DNA from: Tubiluchus corallicola
Lineage: Eukaryota > Animalia > Priapulida
Direction of reading: 5' to 3'
Assembly (NCBI GenBank): GCA_030141605.1
Contig: JAQGDQ010000393.1
Coordinates: 154,148-218,147, forward strand
Length of the DNA: 64,000 nucleotides
Positions 12,503-25,300 of this stretch are shown in pieces. A program made the position numbers and the translations under genes. The notes under the pieces were generated by a model that was given only the letters and a program-made list of their open reading frames with translations, made no database searches and had not been told where the DNA came from. The number at the start of each line of letters is the position of its first letter. Position 1 is the first letter of the stretch.

Positions 12503-14073
12503 TACAATGCGGTTTGAATATCAGTTTGTAGGCAAAATTTAATTACTTGGTTCTATAAGGAAATAACGATAAATCCTCGTTTGATGATGGCAGTGCATCT
12601 CAAAGCGGATGCAGGGCCAAAATCAATAAAACTAGGTTCAACAGCTCAAATATTTTAAATTTTATTGCACACATCCTACAGTTTGTGTTTACAAAAAATG
12701 AAAGATAACTATTTGTCGTAATGTTATTGTATCAGTTACACAATTTGTGTAAAATTAAATCTGCTGCTATTTTAACTAAATGTTTACATAGTGTTATTGT
12801 TACTGTAAATGTTTGGTTAATGCACCCAGGTGGCAGGTAATACAATGGCTGATTTACCTCTTGTGTCAGCAATAAATCATATGCCATGTAGACAGTAGAG
12901 AAATTGTAGTCATCTTATAGTAAAGTAATAAAAGGCAGTAGCAAAGTTTGTTGCTGATAAAATGAATGCAGGTGTCATTAACTGAGTTACTGCATTATGA
13001 ATTAGTACCAGTTATATTATCATATTAACTGTGTAAAAACTTTTTCTAAATGGCTGGTAATCATGCTGTTTGGAAACACAATTGTTTATTTTATGAAGGA
13101 TTTCACGATTTTAGTTGTACACAGTACAGTAAGTAAATAAGTTTATTAGTTTATCACCATTTTTTATAAGAGCAAAACACATAACTAAGTGATTTATAAA
13201 TCTGTACAACATACAATAATATTACAAAGTGCAAATGTGATTACTGATTAGTGGTGAAAGAACTATGAGTTATTGAGGTCAGTCACCTTCTTAGAATTGT
13301 TACTAATATAATTAATTTATGCGTATGTAGCGAGTAATTAAAAATGATCACATTTTGCATTTAAGACGATTGTTGGTTGAATTATGATACGAAAGTTTTA
13401 GTTTCAATATAATAATGTTCAATCATGGGAAAGAAAAGAAGAGATGCACATGTCTGTCTTTAAATATTAAGTTGAACTTGGATTATTTTATGTATTTAAA
13501 ATTATTATTATGATTAGGACCTAGAATCAAAGAAAGAAAAAAATAAATTTTTCGACGGTACAGTGTAGCAACCTTTGCTTCCCTTACACAGATGAACAAA
13601 AATACCATTTTCATTTCTTTTTAAAAGAATTTATTACAATATTGCATAATGTGTCGAACTCAGAATAATAAATAGACTAATTACGCTACAGCACCAGACC
13701 TGTGTATGTAACATACGATAATTACAATTTAAAATTTAAAATATCAACGTAGATAAATTCACCACCTATTAGCTCTAAGTCTACATACAATTGCTGGAAA
13801 ATAAAATCTACTACTGCGGTGCAATTCTAAGGGTAAAAGAACAAAGAGAACTTTGAAAAATCGTTTTTATTGGAATAGAATTCTAACGTCTTGCATATGA
13901 CAAGGGTATTGATTAGTACAATTATTTGACATCTGTAAACAATGACACTGTAATGCCTAGGATTCGATATTCTTTTCGTAGTCCACTTGAATGGTGACCA
14001 TTAAACTGACTCAAACAAAAATGCACACTTTGGGTTCAAACGGTCTGTTACCTGTCCATACGAAACGTTACAA

Positions 14074-14532
14074 TACAATTTAGTGATGATTCAACATATT
14101 AACAGCAAAGACAACGTTAATGAAAGCGAACATGTATGTTCATTCAACAGGGCTATAGAGATATTTAAAACTTTAGTCATAATATTTTGATTTGCCGTGA
14201 GGGAGTCATCACTAGCTGTAAAGAACTTTAACTGAATTCTCTAATAAACTGACAAATTTCCTGGTTTAGCAAGCATGCCTATCTGTAAGTCCACAATCTT
14301 TTACAATTTAGTGATGATTCAACATATTAACAGCAAAGACAACCCTAATGAAAGCGAACATGTATGTTCATTCAACAGGGCTATAGAGATATTTAAAACT
14401 TTAGTCATAATATTTTGATTTGCATTGAGGGAGTCATTACAAGCTGTAAAGAATTTTAGCTGAATTCTCTAATAAGCTGACAAATTTCCTGGTTTAACAA
14501 GCATGTCTATCTGTAAGTCCACAATCTTTTAC
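14074..14532. repeat. Tandem duplication, 228-bp unit x2
   Basis: TACAATTTAGTGATGATTCAACATATTAACAGCAAAGAC... starts at 14074 and again at 14302, with only scattered substitutions. Confidence 0.95.
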
Positions 14533-15762
14533 GTTGTCACTATGCTGATATTACACTTTATTCACTGAAAATTTTGTCACTTACTGCAAAAATTTCTGAA
14601 ACGAAGCCGAGGCATAGCTACCTAAGTAATAAAACTACTAACTCTCTGTTCCTAAACTCAGCTATTATACCAGGGGATAAGTTACTAAAATTACGTTACT
14701 CATTCATGGTTCAGGGCGTATATATACAAAATTAAGATAAATTAGCACAACATTCTAGATTAGCTTAACATAATTGAACTGTTTCAAACATGAGAGGGGT
14801 TTGTACCCGTCTAACACTAAGACAGCACAACGGCACATCTGAAGACTACTGTATTAAAACAGATATATGTGACAAATGTCAAGAATAATGGTGGCAGTGG
14901 GAAATATAGTAAATGACTTGCATAATTCGGACATCTCTTGTAGAATAAAAGGTTTTTTGATGACATGATGTAATGGGCATGGAACTGCATAGAAATGTTA
15001 TCCAAACTTCCATTTGCAAAGACATTGTTCATTATTTTATTAAATGGCTGTATTTTGTAACTGCAATGACAGCAGATTGAATTGGGATACATTTCCGTTA
15101 ACTGTTTGCCATGTAGCCTCAGATATAGACAAACCTATTTTAAGATGTGTGTTTTTGACATTACCAAAGTTCACAAATGCGATTTTGCTGCCAAAGTACA
15201 GAGTGTCTCATAAGTTACTATACACTTTACATTTCCTTTGTTTTTCTTAACAAACAAAGCAAAACGTTTGAAAATTGATACAGATCAACTAAAACCTTGG
15301 CCAAACCTCGAGAAAAAAAAGTGCTGTGTTACTATGCTTTGCGATTTTATCTACCTTCTTCAGTGACTTCAAGAGCTTTAGATACCAACCATATGGCAAG
15401 TCGGGCATCTTGCACTGAGAGTCTTTCAAAGTCATGAGTGATGAGGAAGGGCTTGTCTTGTTGAAAAACTATTGTTAATAATGAGAGAACAGTGTGGCCT
15501 GTATGGTGGTCTGGATATATGCTGAAATTCAGTTAGTGACCAAAGAACTTCACGCCAGACTGACTCTCACCTCCTCAACCTGTAACGCTACTGTCGTCAC
15601 CATAGGAAGCTAATAAAAATAAACAAAAAGACATGTCAAAGCCCCTTTTGATTCATGCAAGAATTTGCTGAGATTGGAGAAAAAATTAAAAAGATAAGAA
15701 ATCAAAGTGCATAGTGACTTTTCAGACACCCTGTATATAAGGAATCTGGAAAAAGCACAACG

Positions 15763-16136
15763 TATGTGCAACAACATCGCAATATCGGCACATCACAATG
15801 TATGTGCAACAACATCGCAATATCGGCACATCACAATGTATGTGCAACAACATCGCAATATTGGCACATCACAATGTACGTGCAACATCGCAATATCGGC
15901 ACATCACAATGTACGTGCAACATCGCAATATCGGCACATCACAATGCATGTGCAACAACATCGCAATAGCGGCACATCACAACGTATGTGCAACAACATT
16001 GCAACATCGGCACATCACAATGTATGTGCTACAACATCGCAACATCGGCACATCACAACCTATGTGCAACAACATCGCAATATCGGCACAACACAATGTA
16101 TGTACAACAACATCGCAATAGTGGCACATCACAACC
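15763..16136. repeat. Minisatellite, 35-38-bp unit, about 10 copies
   Basis: Unit CAACATCGCAATATCGGCACATCACAATGTATGTGCAA. Lies ~240 nt downstream of the SH3BP5 stop codon. Confidence 0.95.
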
Positions 16137-16378
16137 TTAAGTATGTAATGACAAAAAATTTTCAGAAAGCTGCCAGATTTTACTCGTAATTAACTACATA
16201 AAAAGCTGCCTAAAAACTTAAATAAAAAGATATCATCAATAAAACTATTGCACAACATATTTTATATAGTTTAATTCTAAGTGCTGTATCTGTGCATATT
16301 TCTAAATGTTGTAAAAACATGTTGAGTAATACTACTATCGACAATATTAAATGGTACAAAAAGCTACCGGAAGTATGA

Positions 16379-19300
16379 CTAAGTTTCAGAAAGAGCAATT
16401 TCAACGAACTCTTCTATATTTGCCCGCAAATTCTCTAACTGTTTGTCATCTAATAGATCACAGCTTGCTAAGCTCTCGCTGTCACTGTGAGTAGAACCCT
16501 CACCAGTGGCACTCGAGTTTTCTGCTAATTTCTCATCGGTCTTTGCAGCTTCCTGCAAAGTCTGTGGGTGAGTGGGAGTTCCTTGGCCGAGCCACAGCGA
16601 AGGAGATGCAGATGATGATGTGTTTTGAGATACTGACAATGTCTGCGGTTTTACACCAGAGCAAGACGGACATTGAGGACTGTCTTCTTCACTTGGGGTT
16701 TCTTTGGGCTCCACGTGCAGTCGATAATGTTTTGACATATCAGAGTCCGAACGCGAAGGTGGTAGAAACACCGGGATGGACGGGATACTTCCCTGTGCAG
16801 CTTCTCGAATGCTTTCAGTGTAGGCGGCGATTGTTTCCCGCCGCCTGCGAACATCGGCAGCAGATGTGGCACTTTCCCGCTGCATGAAACTCTGCGTGCG
16901 TCGTCTACCTCTGTTAGGATAAAGTTCGTCTTCGAGGTAAACAAGATCCTCGCGGATGTTGGCTAAATCTGTCCGAACGTCAAACGTAACCTGCGACCTT
17001 CGTCTCGTCAGTTTATTCAGCAGCGCAGCGGCTTTTTCAGGAGTTACTGCCGCCGAGGCTCCGACTGCCTCGGTGGTTGACACGGACTCTTGCGGAAGAT
17101 CGGATCCTCTTGGGGAGAGCGACAGAGCAGCAAGAGTGACTTCAGTTGCTGCTGGACTTAACACTTCTTCCATAGATTCTTCTGGTGAAGGTGATTTATC
17201 AGAAACAGCACATGGCGGCGGAGGAGGTGTCTCAGCACCAACACCAGCACTCCTTTCCCCGAGAGCTAGTCTCTCCATCTGCAAAAATGAAGTTATCACC
17301 TATTAGATAACAGTACGTTCATAGGAACTTTACCCACATATTTTACTTGCTTGAGCTGTTCTGTTCTGACAGAAATCAGAATCCCTTACATGTAACTACA
17401 GTAGTCGCTGCTTAATAAATCACAGATAATAAAACCACAAGCATTTTATAATCATTTAGGTTTTGTGCAGAACTATCCCTGTAGAAACTATTGTTAAGAA
17501 AATTCAGTTAATAAAACCAGTAGACTGTTTAATAAAACCACGTTTTTTAGCAATAAACGAGAAGAACAACAAAAAAATGAAAAAAATAAATGTGTTTTTG
17601 GCAGTTTGCCAATTTTTTAAGATACACAGTTGAAATCAATTGTTTTGTCGCATTGCATGTACAGCATTTTATAGTCTGTTGAATGAACTTCAATCACTCT
17701 TGTATCCTTGATTCTGTAGGCATATGAACTGACTGCCCAATGTTCATGCATTAATTAGGGTGAAGCAATTACGAACAGTAAGCCCTCAGTTATTGATTCC
17801 CCATTTTCACTTAATCACGCACCGTTTCGTTTAAAGTAGATTTTTTGGTTTGCATAAAGCTAGTTTTTATTTTATCAACAACTTTTTTACTTAATTTGAT
17901 GCATTTTAACAGTACATACTGCATTCTCTGTTCTAAAAATGCACCAGTAACATAAACACTGCAATTATTATACAAGTATATACCGTATATACTCGCATAT
18001 AAGCCGAATTTAGAACTATAAAATACAATACTGAAATCAGGGGGTCGGCTTATATGCGCATGAAACAAAATGAACACAAGGACAGACACTAATGCCAATT
18101 TTCCAGCCACACATTTTCATCGCTATCTGACTCTTTATTTGGTTGTGTGTCATTTTGTTTTTTTTTAAGAACACTACGTTAAATTATAAACAGAAATGTT
18201 ATAATTTTTTGTGAATAAATAGAAAACAAAATATTTTCTTCTTTATTCATATCAAAATGTATAATTTCTTCTATTTCTTCTAGTATGTAACATAAAAGTA
18301 AGCATTTTACATCTTTATAGTAAAAAATTTCTATGAACCAAAAATACCCAATTAACAAAATGTGACAAAAAGGGATCAATTTTGTTGATTGGGTATGGAG
18401 TAAAATTAGACAAGTTGATGGTCGGCTTATATACGGGTTTTTGCAAAAACTGGCCATTTTAAAGCAGTTTTAGGGGGTCGGCTTATATGCGATGTAGGCT
18501 TATATGCGAGTATATACGGTATATGTTTTTGCTTCCCGACTGGCCACTAATACTAGCCGTTTGTATCAACCGAGACATGGGAGCAAACTTTATGCGAAGA
18601 AATGTTGCCTGCAACTTGTTGTTATGGCAACCAGACTAGTGCATACTAAGTTTCTAGATAAAATTCCCAAGGTCGCCCCCGGGGTTTGGCTTTGACTCAG
18701 CTGCAGTGTTTATTGTTTAATCGTTACTGTTAGGTAGGTAAGAAAGATATATAGGTGGTTTCAAGCAAGCAGAATGAAACAATGATTCTTTTACATTACT
18801 TTCTATAGACATCTTGACTTTGTTTAGCGACATTTCGCTTAATGGCACATTTTGCTGGAAAGTATTAGCATTGTTAAGCGAGGACTTAACTGTACTATAC
18901 TTTCCTGTCTTTAATGGACTTAACTGTCTTTGCTAAGTTGCAACAGATCACTGCATTGTAAAAGCTCCATTTATTAAAATAATTTTTTTCTGATCCCGTG
19001 CTGGTTTTAAGAGGCAACTACTGTATATCCACGCTACCACTTTTCGTTGGTTAGACCATATTACTCAAATAAGCAAGTTGGTAAATTTTTTCTTAGTTCT
19101 ACTATTCTATAGTATACTACAGCAGACTTAAAATTTGACCGTAATGCAGCCTTGATGCTTTACAATGCATATCAGCAATTATATAATCTACGATTAGTAC
19201 CTGAAGTTTACGCTGCATGTGAATTTCCTCACTGATAGCTTCAAGATTGTGCAAAGCTCCAGCGTAATTGCACTTCGCAGCTACTACATCATCCTCAAGT

Positions 19301-22300
19301 TTCCTCACTTGTGATTTATGAGTTTCCAGACGCTCGTTAAAATGAGATTTCGTCTCAAAATATGGCCTAATATGTAATGAGAAAAAAGCAATGAGAGGAG
19401 AGAACATTTCTTTTTCAAAAAATTGTTATTAATGAGGTATAATAAGCCCTTGGCTTATAAGAAAAACGAAATATACAAACTGGTGCAATAGATAAATTCT
19501 TCCAGTAACAAACACATTAAAAAAAACCATTATCATTAATAAAGCTAATAATAAGACGTGGAATATGTTTCTCCTAACTAAGGTATACTGTAGCTTATAC
19601 GTACTGAATTTTTGACCTTTGACAAGTATTTTCATGTTATAAAAGAGATAACATATCTGCCCAGAACACTAAAGTCTCTGAAGCCTTAAACAGGAAGTGT
19701 TACCGCTTTGAAATTTATTTTGCTTGCATGCAAACATTAAAGGAAAGGTCGAGCCTTCTAGGAGGTTAGGCTTATTTCAGTGTTTGCGAAAAATGTTAGA
19801 AGGATTTAGTAATAAAACTGCAATAAGCACCTCCTGTAATTAGTAAAATCAGTATAAAATTGCAATCACTTTATGATTGGGCGCTCCCATTCTCAATGCC
19901 CATTCTTTTTCCAATGACGTCAAAAACCTTTAAGAAAAGTAGACCATTGTCAATCTTCATCAAAAGTATGACAAGTTTTTACAAAAAAATAGTTAGTTAA
20001 TTTTGTAATATTTTTGCGTGAACAATAGGTAAGCTGCAGAAGTTTGAATTAGTTTAAGCGGCACGTGCTTAAGAAAAGTCACGAAGTCTCCTAATTTCGT
20101 CATGATTTTCAAGTGAATGGTGGCAACCACCACAACTGAAAATTTATATTCAGACGTAGAATATTTTAACTTTATGCTTTACAAGCAGTTCCTTGCAAAT
20201 TTCTTTGTTATAATTTTCTAAGTTTAAGTGAAAACAGTAAAATAAACCCAACAAATTGCATGACTTGTTCTTTCCTTTAAAAATTTGCATGCAAACAAGC
20301 ACTTTTGGATGTGTGAAAAACAAGAAATACAGTATGATTTTCCAATGTATTTACCCACCTGTTATAAAACTGTAAGAAGTAGAGACGTGCACATGAAATT
20401 CTGTTAATATGTTAACATTCACTAGTCAATTATCGTGCAAAACATTTACTACAACTAAAACAATCTAAACGACGACATAATTCATAGAATGAACTGCAAA
20501 CTCATTCCATAAATCAGTATTCCCACCACCAAATCGTGAAATACAAAAAAAAAACACTGGTTAAGCGTTACTGTACTTACAGAAGTTGTAAATGATGAAG
20601 TCTGACTAGATTGTTTAGTTGTAACAAACTTCTACGGGTGGACAGACTAGAAACAAAGGCAAAAGAATACTTGCATTCAGCAAAAACATGCATAATAAGT
20701 AATGAGTTAAATGAATGTGTTAGAATAAAATATGGCCGCTATACTGTTGTTAGCATATAATAAGCCAAGAGTCCAGAGAGAAATGGTATCAAAGTAGCAA
20801 TACTGTGCTCATATATTGTCACAAACTGAAATACTTTGACAACTGTTAAAAGGCCTATAGTCTTGACATTAAAGAATTAAGAATTTGCATGAAAATATAC
20901 GAATACTATTTCTGAAACGTGACCTAGCCAATGTAATATATTATTGCTGCTAATTAAAATGCTCTTGAGTGATTATTTTAATTCATGTATATATTTATGC
21001 CACTTTTTTAAATGTTATCAATATCTTTACACTACAATCTATAGCTAGTCCAATACAAAAGTTTACCTGTTGAAAAATGTAAAATTTAGAATTGAATATA
21101 TGGTGCAATTTCGTGAAATTAACTGGAAGTTAGTACAATATTTACTCAGACAGCCACATGCTATTGAGACTTTGGTGCTTTCATTCCATCCGCTACAGAA
21201 GACTATTTTCAGGACTAAAGCAGATCAAGTTATAACTCTGCATAGTTTGAAATGAATCACAACCAAATTTCATCCACATGCTGATAATTTCAAATCAACA
21301 TTCACGCTCGGCAAACATGCATTTTTGTGCAATTCAAATCAGACTCAGTTAGGTTAGTTATTACATGTGCATAAAATAATAAAAAAATTATAACTCAAGA
21401 ATAAAAATCAGGCAAACAGACTAAGTTAGTCAAAACGTGTCACCCAACTAACCAAAGAATACCGTGCAAAAAGTTATGCAAATGTGATACATGTGGTAGT
21501 TTCATTAGTTATCAAAAAATTAAATAAATAGTTAAACAATTTAACGAAAAGTATCAAAATTCATAACATGATTAAACTGCAATAATCTAAGAAACTGCAT
21601 TAATGCAACAATGCTATAAATGAATTGTGAATTATTGTTTATTGAAAAAAATGTTTAAACGCCGATTAATCATCACTAATAACGTGCTGTACCTAGACTT
21701 AGATATGGACCGCTTCAATTCTTTCTGCAGTTCATTCACTTTCTGTTCAGCATCATTGTAAGTTCTTGATTTCTTCCTATGTTCTTGTTCGCTCTCTAAC
21801 TTTTCTCGTTCAGCTTGATTCACCTGAATAAGGAAGAATTTGTCTAACATGTCAATTCTGTTGAATGCAGAACAACTGGAGATGACTCAAAGTGAACGTT
21901 GTTTTGCACTTCTTGATTGACTCAGCTTGTACTGTAATAATTTGTTACATTAACTCTAACCATAATGGAGAAGGAGCCAGCACATAAGGGCTGTAATGAT
22001 ATATCTAGATCACGATGCAATATATACCACGATACCATCCTCACGGTATGATAAACATTGTCGTGAACTGATTCACGAGTTTTGTTTGTGAACTTTATAA
22101 ACTTTAGCAACATTACAACTTTACAACACGTTAGACTACAGTGAATCATTTTCTCACCTGACTGGTTTATGATATGCATTACCCAAGGTTAACCAATTTC
22201 AACTGATTTGAGCTTTTACAGTTTTAATCTAGTAGTCACAACATAGTGTACAGAAAAGACAGTCTATAGTAAAGTGTTTGTGCCACTAAAGGAGTTTGGT

Positions 22301-25300
22301 TTAAGTTGCTACATATATTGACAAAAGCCTTTTCACATTGGTGGCAGTGCCCACTACTACTTAGGTCTGCTGTAACATTTAGAAGGACTGTGAGTAAAAT
22401 GATTTTCATTATGCTGATTTTTGATTCACATTAAATTCTTTTTCCTTTTACCCTCTTCTATGTGGTATCTACCTGTTTGCCTGCTATAGCATTTTGACAT
22501 TTTTACTTAAACAGAGTATTACATTGCTGCCTTTACCTTTACCTTGTGCGGGGGAGGTAAGTTAACGTTTACAACTTATTAACTACATAATAAGTTAACG
22601 TTTGCAGGCTTTATAAAAAAACTACATAAAGCCACTGATAATAAATGCTAAGCACATGTATGAATCAAGAATTTTAGGATTACTGAATGCTAAAATAACT
22701 CGATTAATTGCATGATTTTTATTTATTACCTGCATAATGTGAAGACTATTGTTTGCATTGTGAGCCACCAGAGAAGCAAAACTTATCAATATTTTAGGTT
22801 TAAAAGTTGCTTGCGCATTTTCTGATTCACTTTTGTCATTTCACAAGTTTACATGTAAACAACGTAATTAGCCCACTACAGATTAAACACCTTGAGGTTT
22901 CAACTTTTTGGTTGCTATAGTAGTGCCAGCGTTAAGTCAATTACTGCTCACTGCACTGGCTAACACCTATTTACAGTACATTGTACAAGCTACAACTACA
23001 ACTACAATTTCACATCGTTTTTATCATCATACGTTCAAGCGCGTGCTAATTTGCTAAAATATTATAGAAACACATCATTATTGATATGAGTGCACTATGG
23101 CGACGTGTATATCGTAATGAAAGATATTACGATGCATCGATACATCAACGTTCATTGCAGGCCTACAGCACATCATGACTTTCTATTATTAGAGTAAGTA
23201 TTATATTTGTTTCTTTCATCTTATCTTGCCAAGATTTTTATCCGCTAATAACAGATTTTTGTGCACAAAACGAGGTTCGAAATGTTATCACAGTTTTTGC
23301 GCATCAATGTAGCATGCAATTATAGGAAATCTCAATGGACACTGGGACATTAATTAGGATGGAACCTAATGTTACTAGCCTATAGATTCTGAATGAACTG
23401 TCAAAACTGTCCAAAACACTAGTTTAAATAATCAACATTTAGAGTTTTTATGCTCTTCATTCATCAGTCATCTGACACCATTATGGCTACAAACAACAGT
23501 TCAATCAATGGTTTCATGTCAGTCATGCATTCAAATATACACGTGTGCACACGTAGGCCATGGCCTCTAATTTAAATAATTATGTTATAAAAGAGATACC
23601 TTCATTGTAGCATAATTTAACATTTCCTGCCAGGTTGGATCAAATTGTCCACCGTGCTTTTCGACACCCTGTTCGGACAGCATTACCATTTCAACCGCAG
23701 CAGCATGCATGCTACTCGCCTTTTCAAACCTCACTGCAGCTTTCTGTGTTTCGACCTGCGCCTGTACAAAATGACATGAACACTATTGCTAAACATAAAT
23801 AATTTTTACTGGCACTCAGTAGTTAATAAAACATTTTTTGTATATCCCTTGAAATTATGCAAAAGCTTAAAAATAATGCAAAATAATTCTACTAGAATAA
23901 GTAACATTTCTCTGCTATAGATGAGTGTTGTTTAAAAATTGAATAAAGCAGTTCTTTTTGAGAAATTTATCAATGAGCTAACAAAAGCAATGGACTTTTA
24001 ATGTACAACGTATCCGAATCAGGCATTAAAAACAACATTTCTCCCAAATAAAAAAAATCTCCTATGGAAAACTGCCACTTTGTTTCAAGATAAGTTAAAA
24101 TGAATGAAAGGCAGCACTCATCACTACAGTCACCTTTATATTATTTATGCATTTTCCCACTAATATATGTAAATATAATGAGCTTGAATGGATGATGACT
24201 CTTCGCCGTAATCCATCCTGTGCCATTTTCTCTTCACTTAACACCAACCTCATTTCATTACATTACACGTCCATTACACAACCTCTTCGGTCTTCTCGGG
24301 GGAGGGGGGAGGGGGGAGAGGTTCGACACTATGTTGGATCTCAACTCTCATCACTCCCCTCCAGTACTTTCCTCCTCCACCCTCACAGCACAAGCAAAAC
24401 TTTGCAACCTTCTCTGTCTCAGCTTCCCATCAGTACCACATCACAAACATGACATTTTGTTATGAAACTGACCAATCCATCGCACACGCGCCATCATGCA
24501 GCAGCCTGCAGTTACAGTACATATACGTAATCATCACAAGCTTGTTCATCAAGATCAGTATCATTACCCAACAATAAAAACAAAATACGAAAGGTTTTAA
24601 AGGAAGACAGGATGATTTTTCATATATTTCCCCATTTTCAAGTCGGATAAAAAGAATACATTTTAACACAATTAATACTGTAAAAGCGTTTCTGATAATT
24701 AAATAATAGATTAAAAACTTAATTAACGGCGGGCGAGCCCAACTATTCATGACAACACAAACTAACATAATTCAAACTAGCAAAAATATTCGACGAGCAT
24801 GTTGCACGTGTTTGCAAAAGCGAAAATTGAAGTGAAATGCAGCTGTAAGATATTCAGTGTGTTGTACTAAAACTGGGCATGCTTTAAGCTAAAAATTCAA
24901 ATTTCAAATTTACTGCTGTGCTTATGCATGAGCTGTCGAAACAAACATAAACTAACACATATGATCTCCGAAGTACAGCACCTGTTTTCTGTGCAATGCA
25001 TTTCCGAAATGCAGGCGCTGGTGCCCGACTAACTAGCAAATCGTGAAATACAAAGAACTAATGGCGTAAACGTGAAATTGTTTGTGTGGTAATAATTCTT
25101 TCACATAAGTCATTTTTGAAAAAATAGTATGGTTCCTTTCAATATTTTAAAGAGTAGATTATTTTGAAATACAATTAAAGATATGTCCGGCTTTGCATTA
25201 AATCATAATGACACATACTTCTTTAGCTTTCATTCGAGCATCATAGTATGGCCTGGCTTTGTCAATGCAGCTGCCCAACTTCTTTGCCAGAACATTTAAT

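Noticed and set aside
12581-12625. SECIS element for the TGA-ending MTX2
   Set aside because: ATGA and an AAA-containing loop are present, but the 3' GA of the non-Watson-Crick quartet is missing. Readthrough would add only four residues before another TGA.
14074-14532. Retrozyme-type tandem repeat with a hammerhead ribozyme
   Set aside because: Unit size fits, but only GTGATGA is found on either strand, with no CUGANGA/GAAA core and stems.
15707-16189. Three overlapping repetitive ORFs (QQHRNIGTSQ...) and a CRISPR-like look
   Set aside because: Products of a stop-free 35-38-bp minisatellite read in all three frames. Units are head-to-tail with no unique spacers, there are no cas genes, and the DNA is eukaryotic.
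16543-17306. Alternative-frame and antisense ORFs over the last SH3BP5 exon
   Set aside because: Expected shadows in a GC-richer coding exon.
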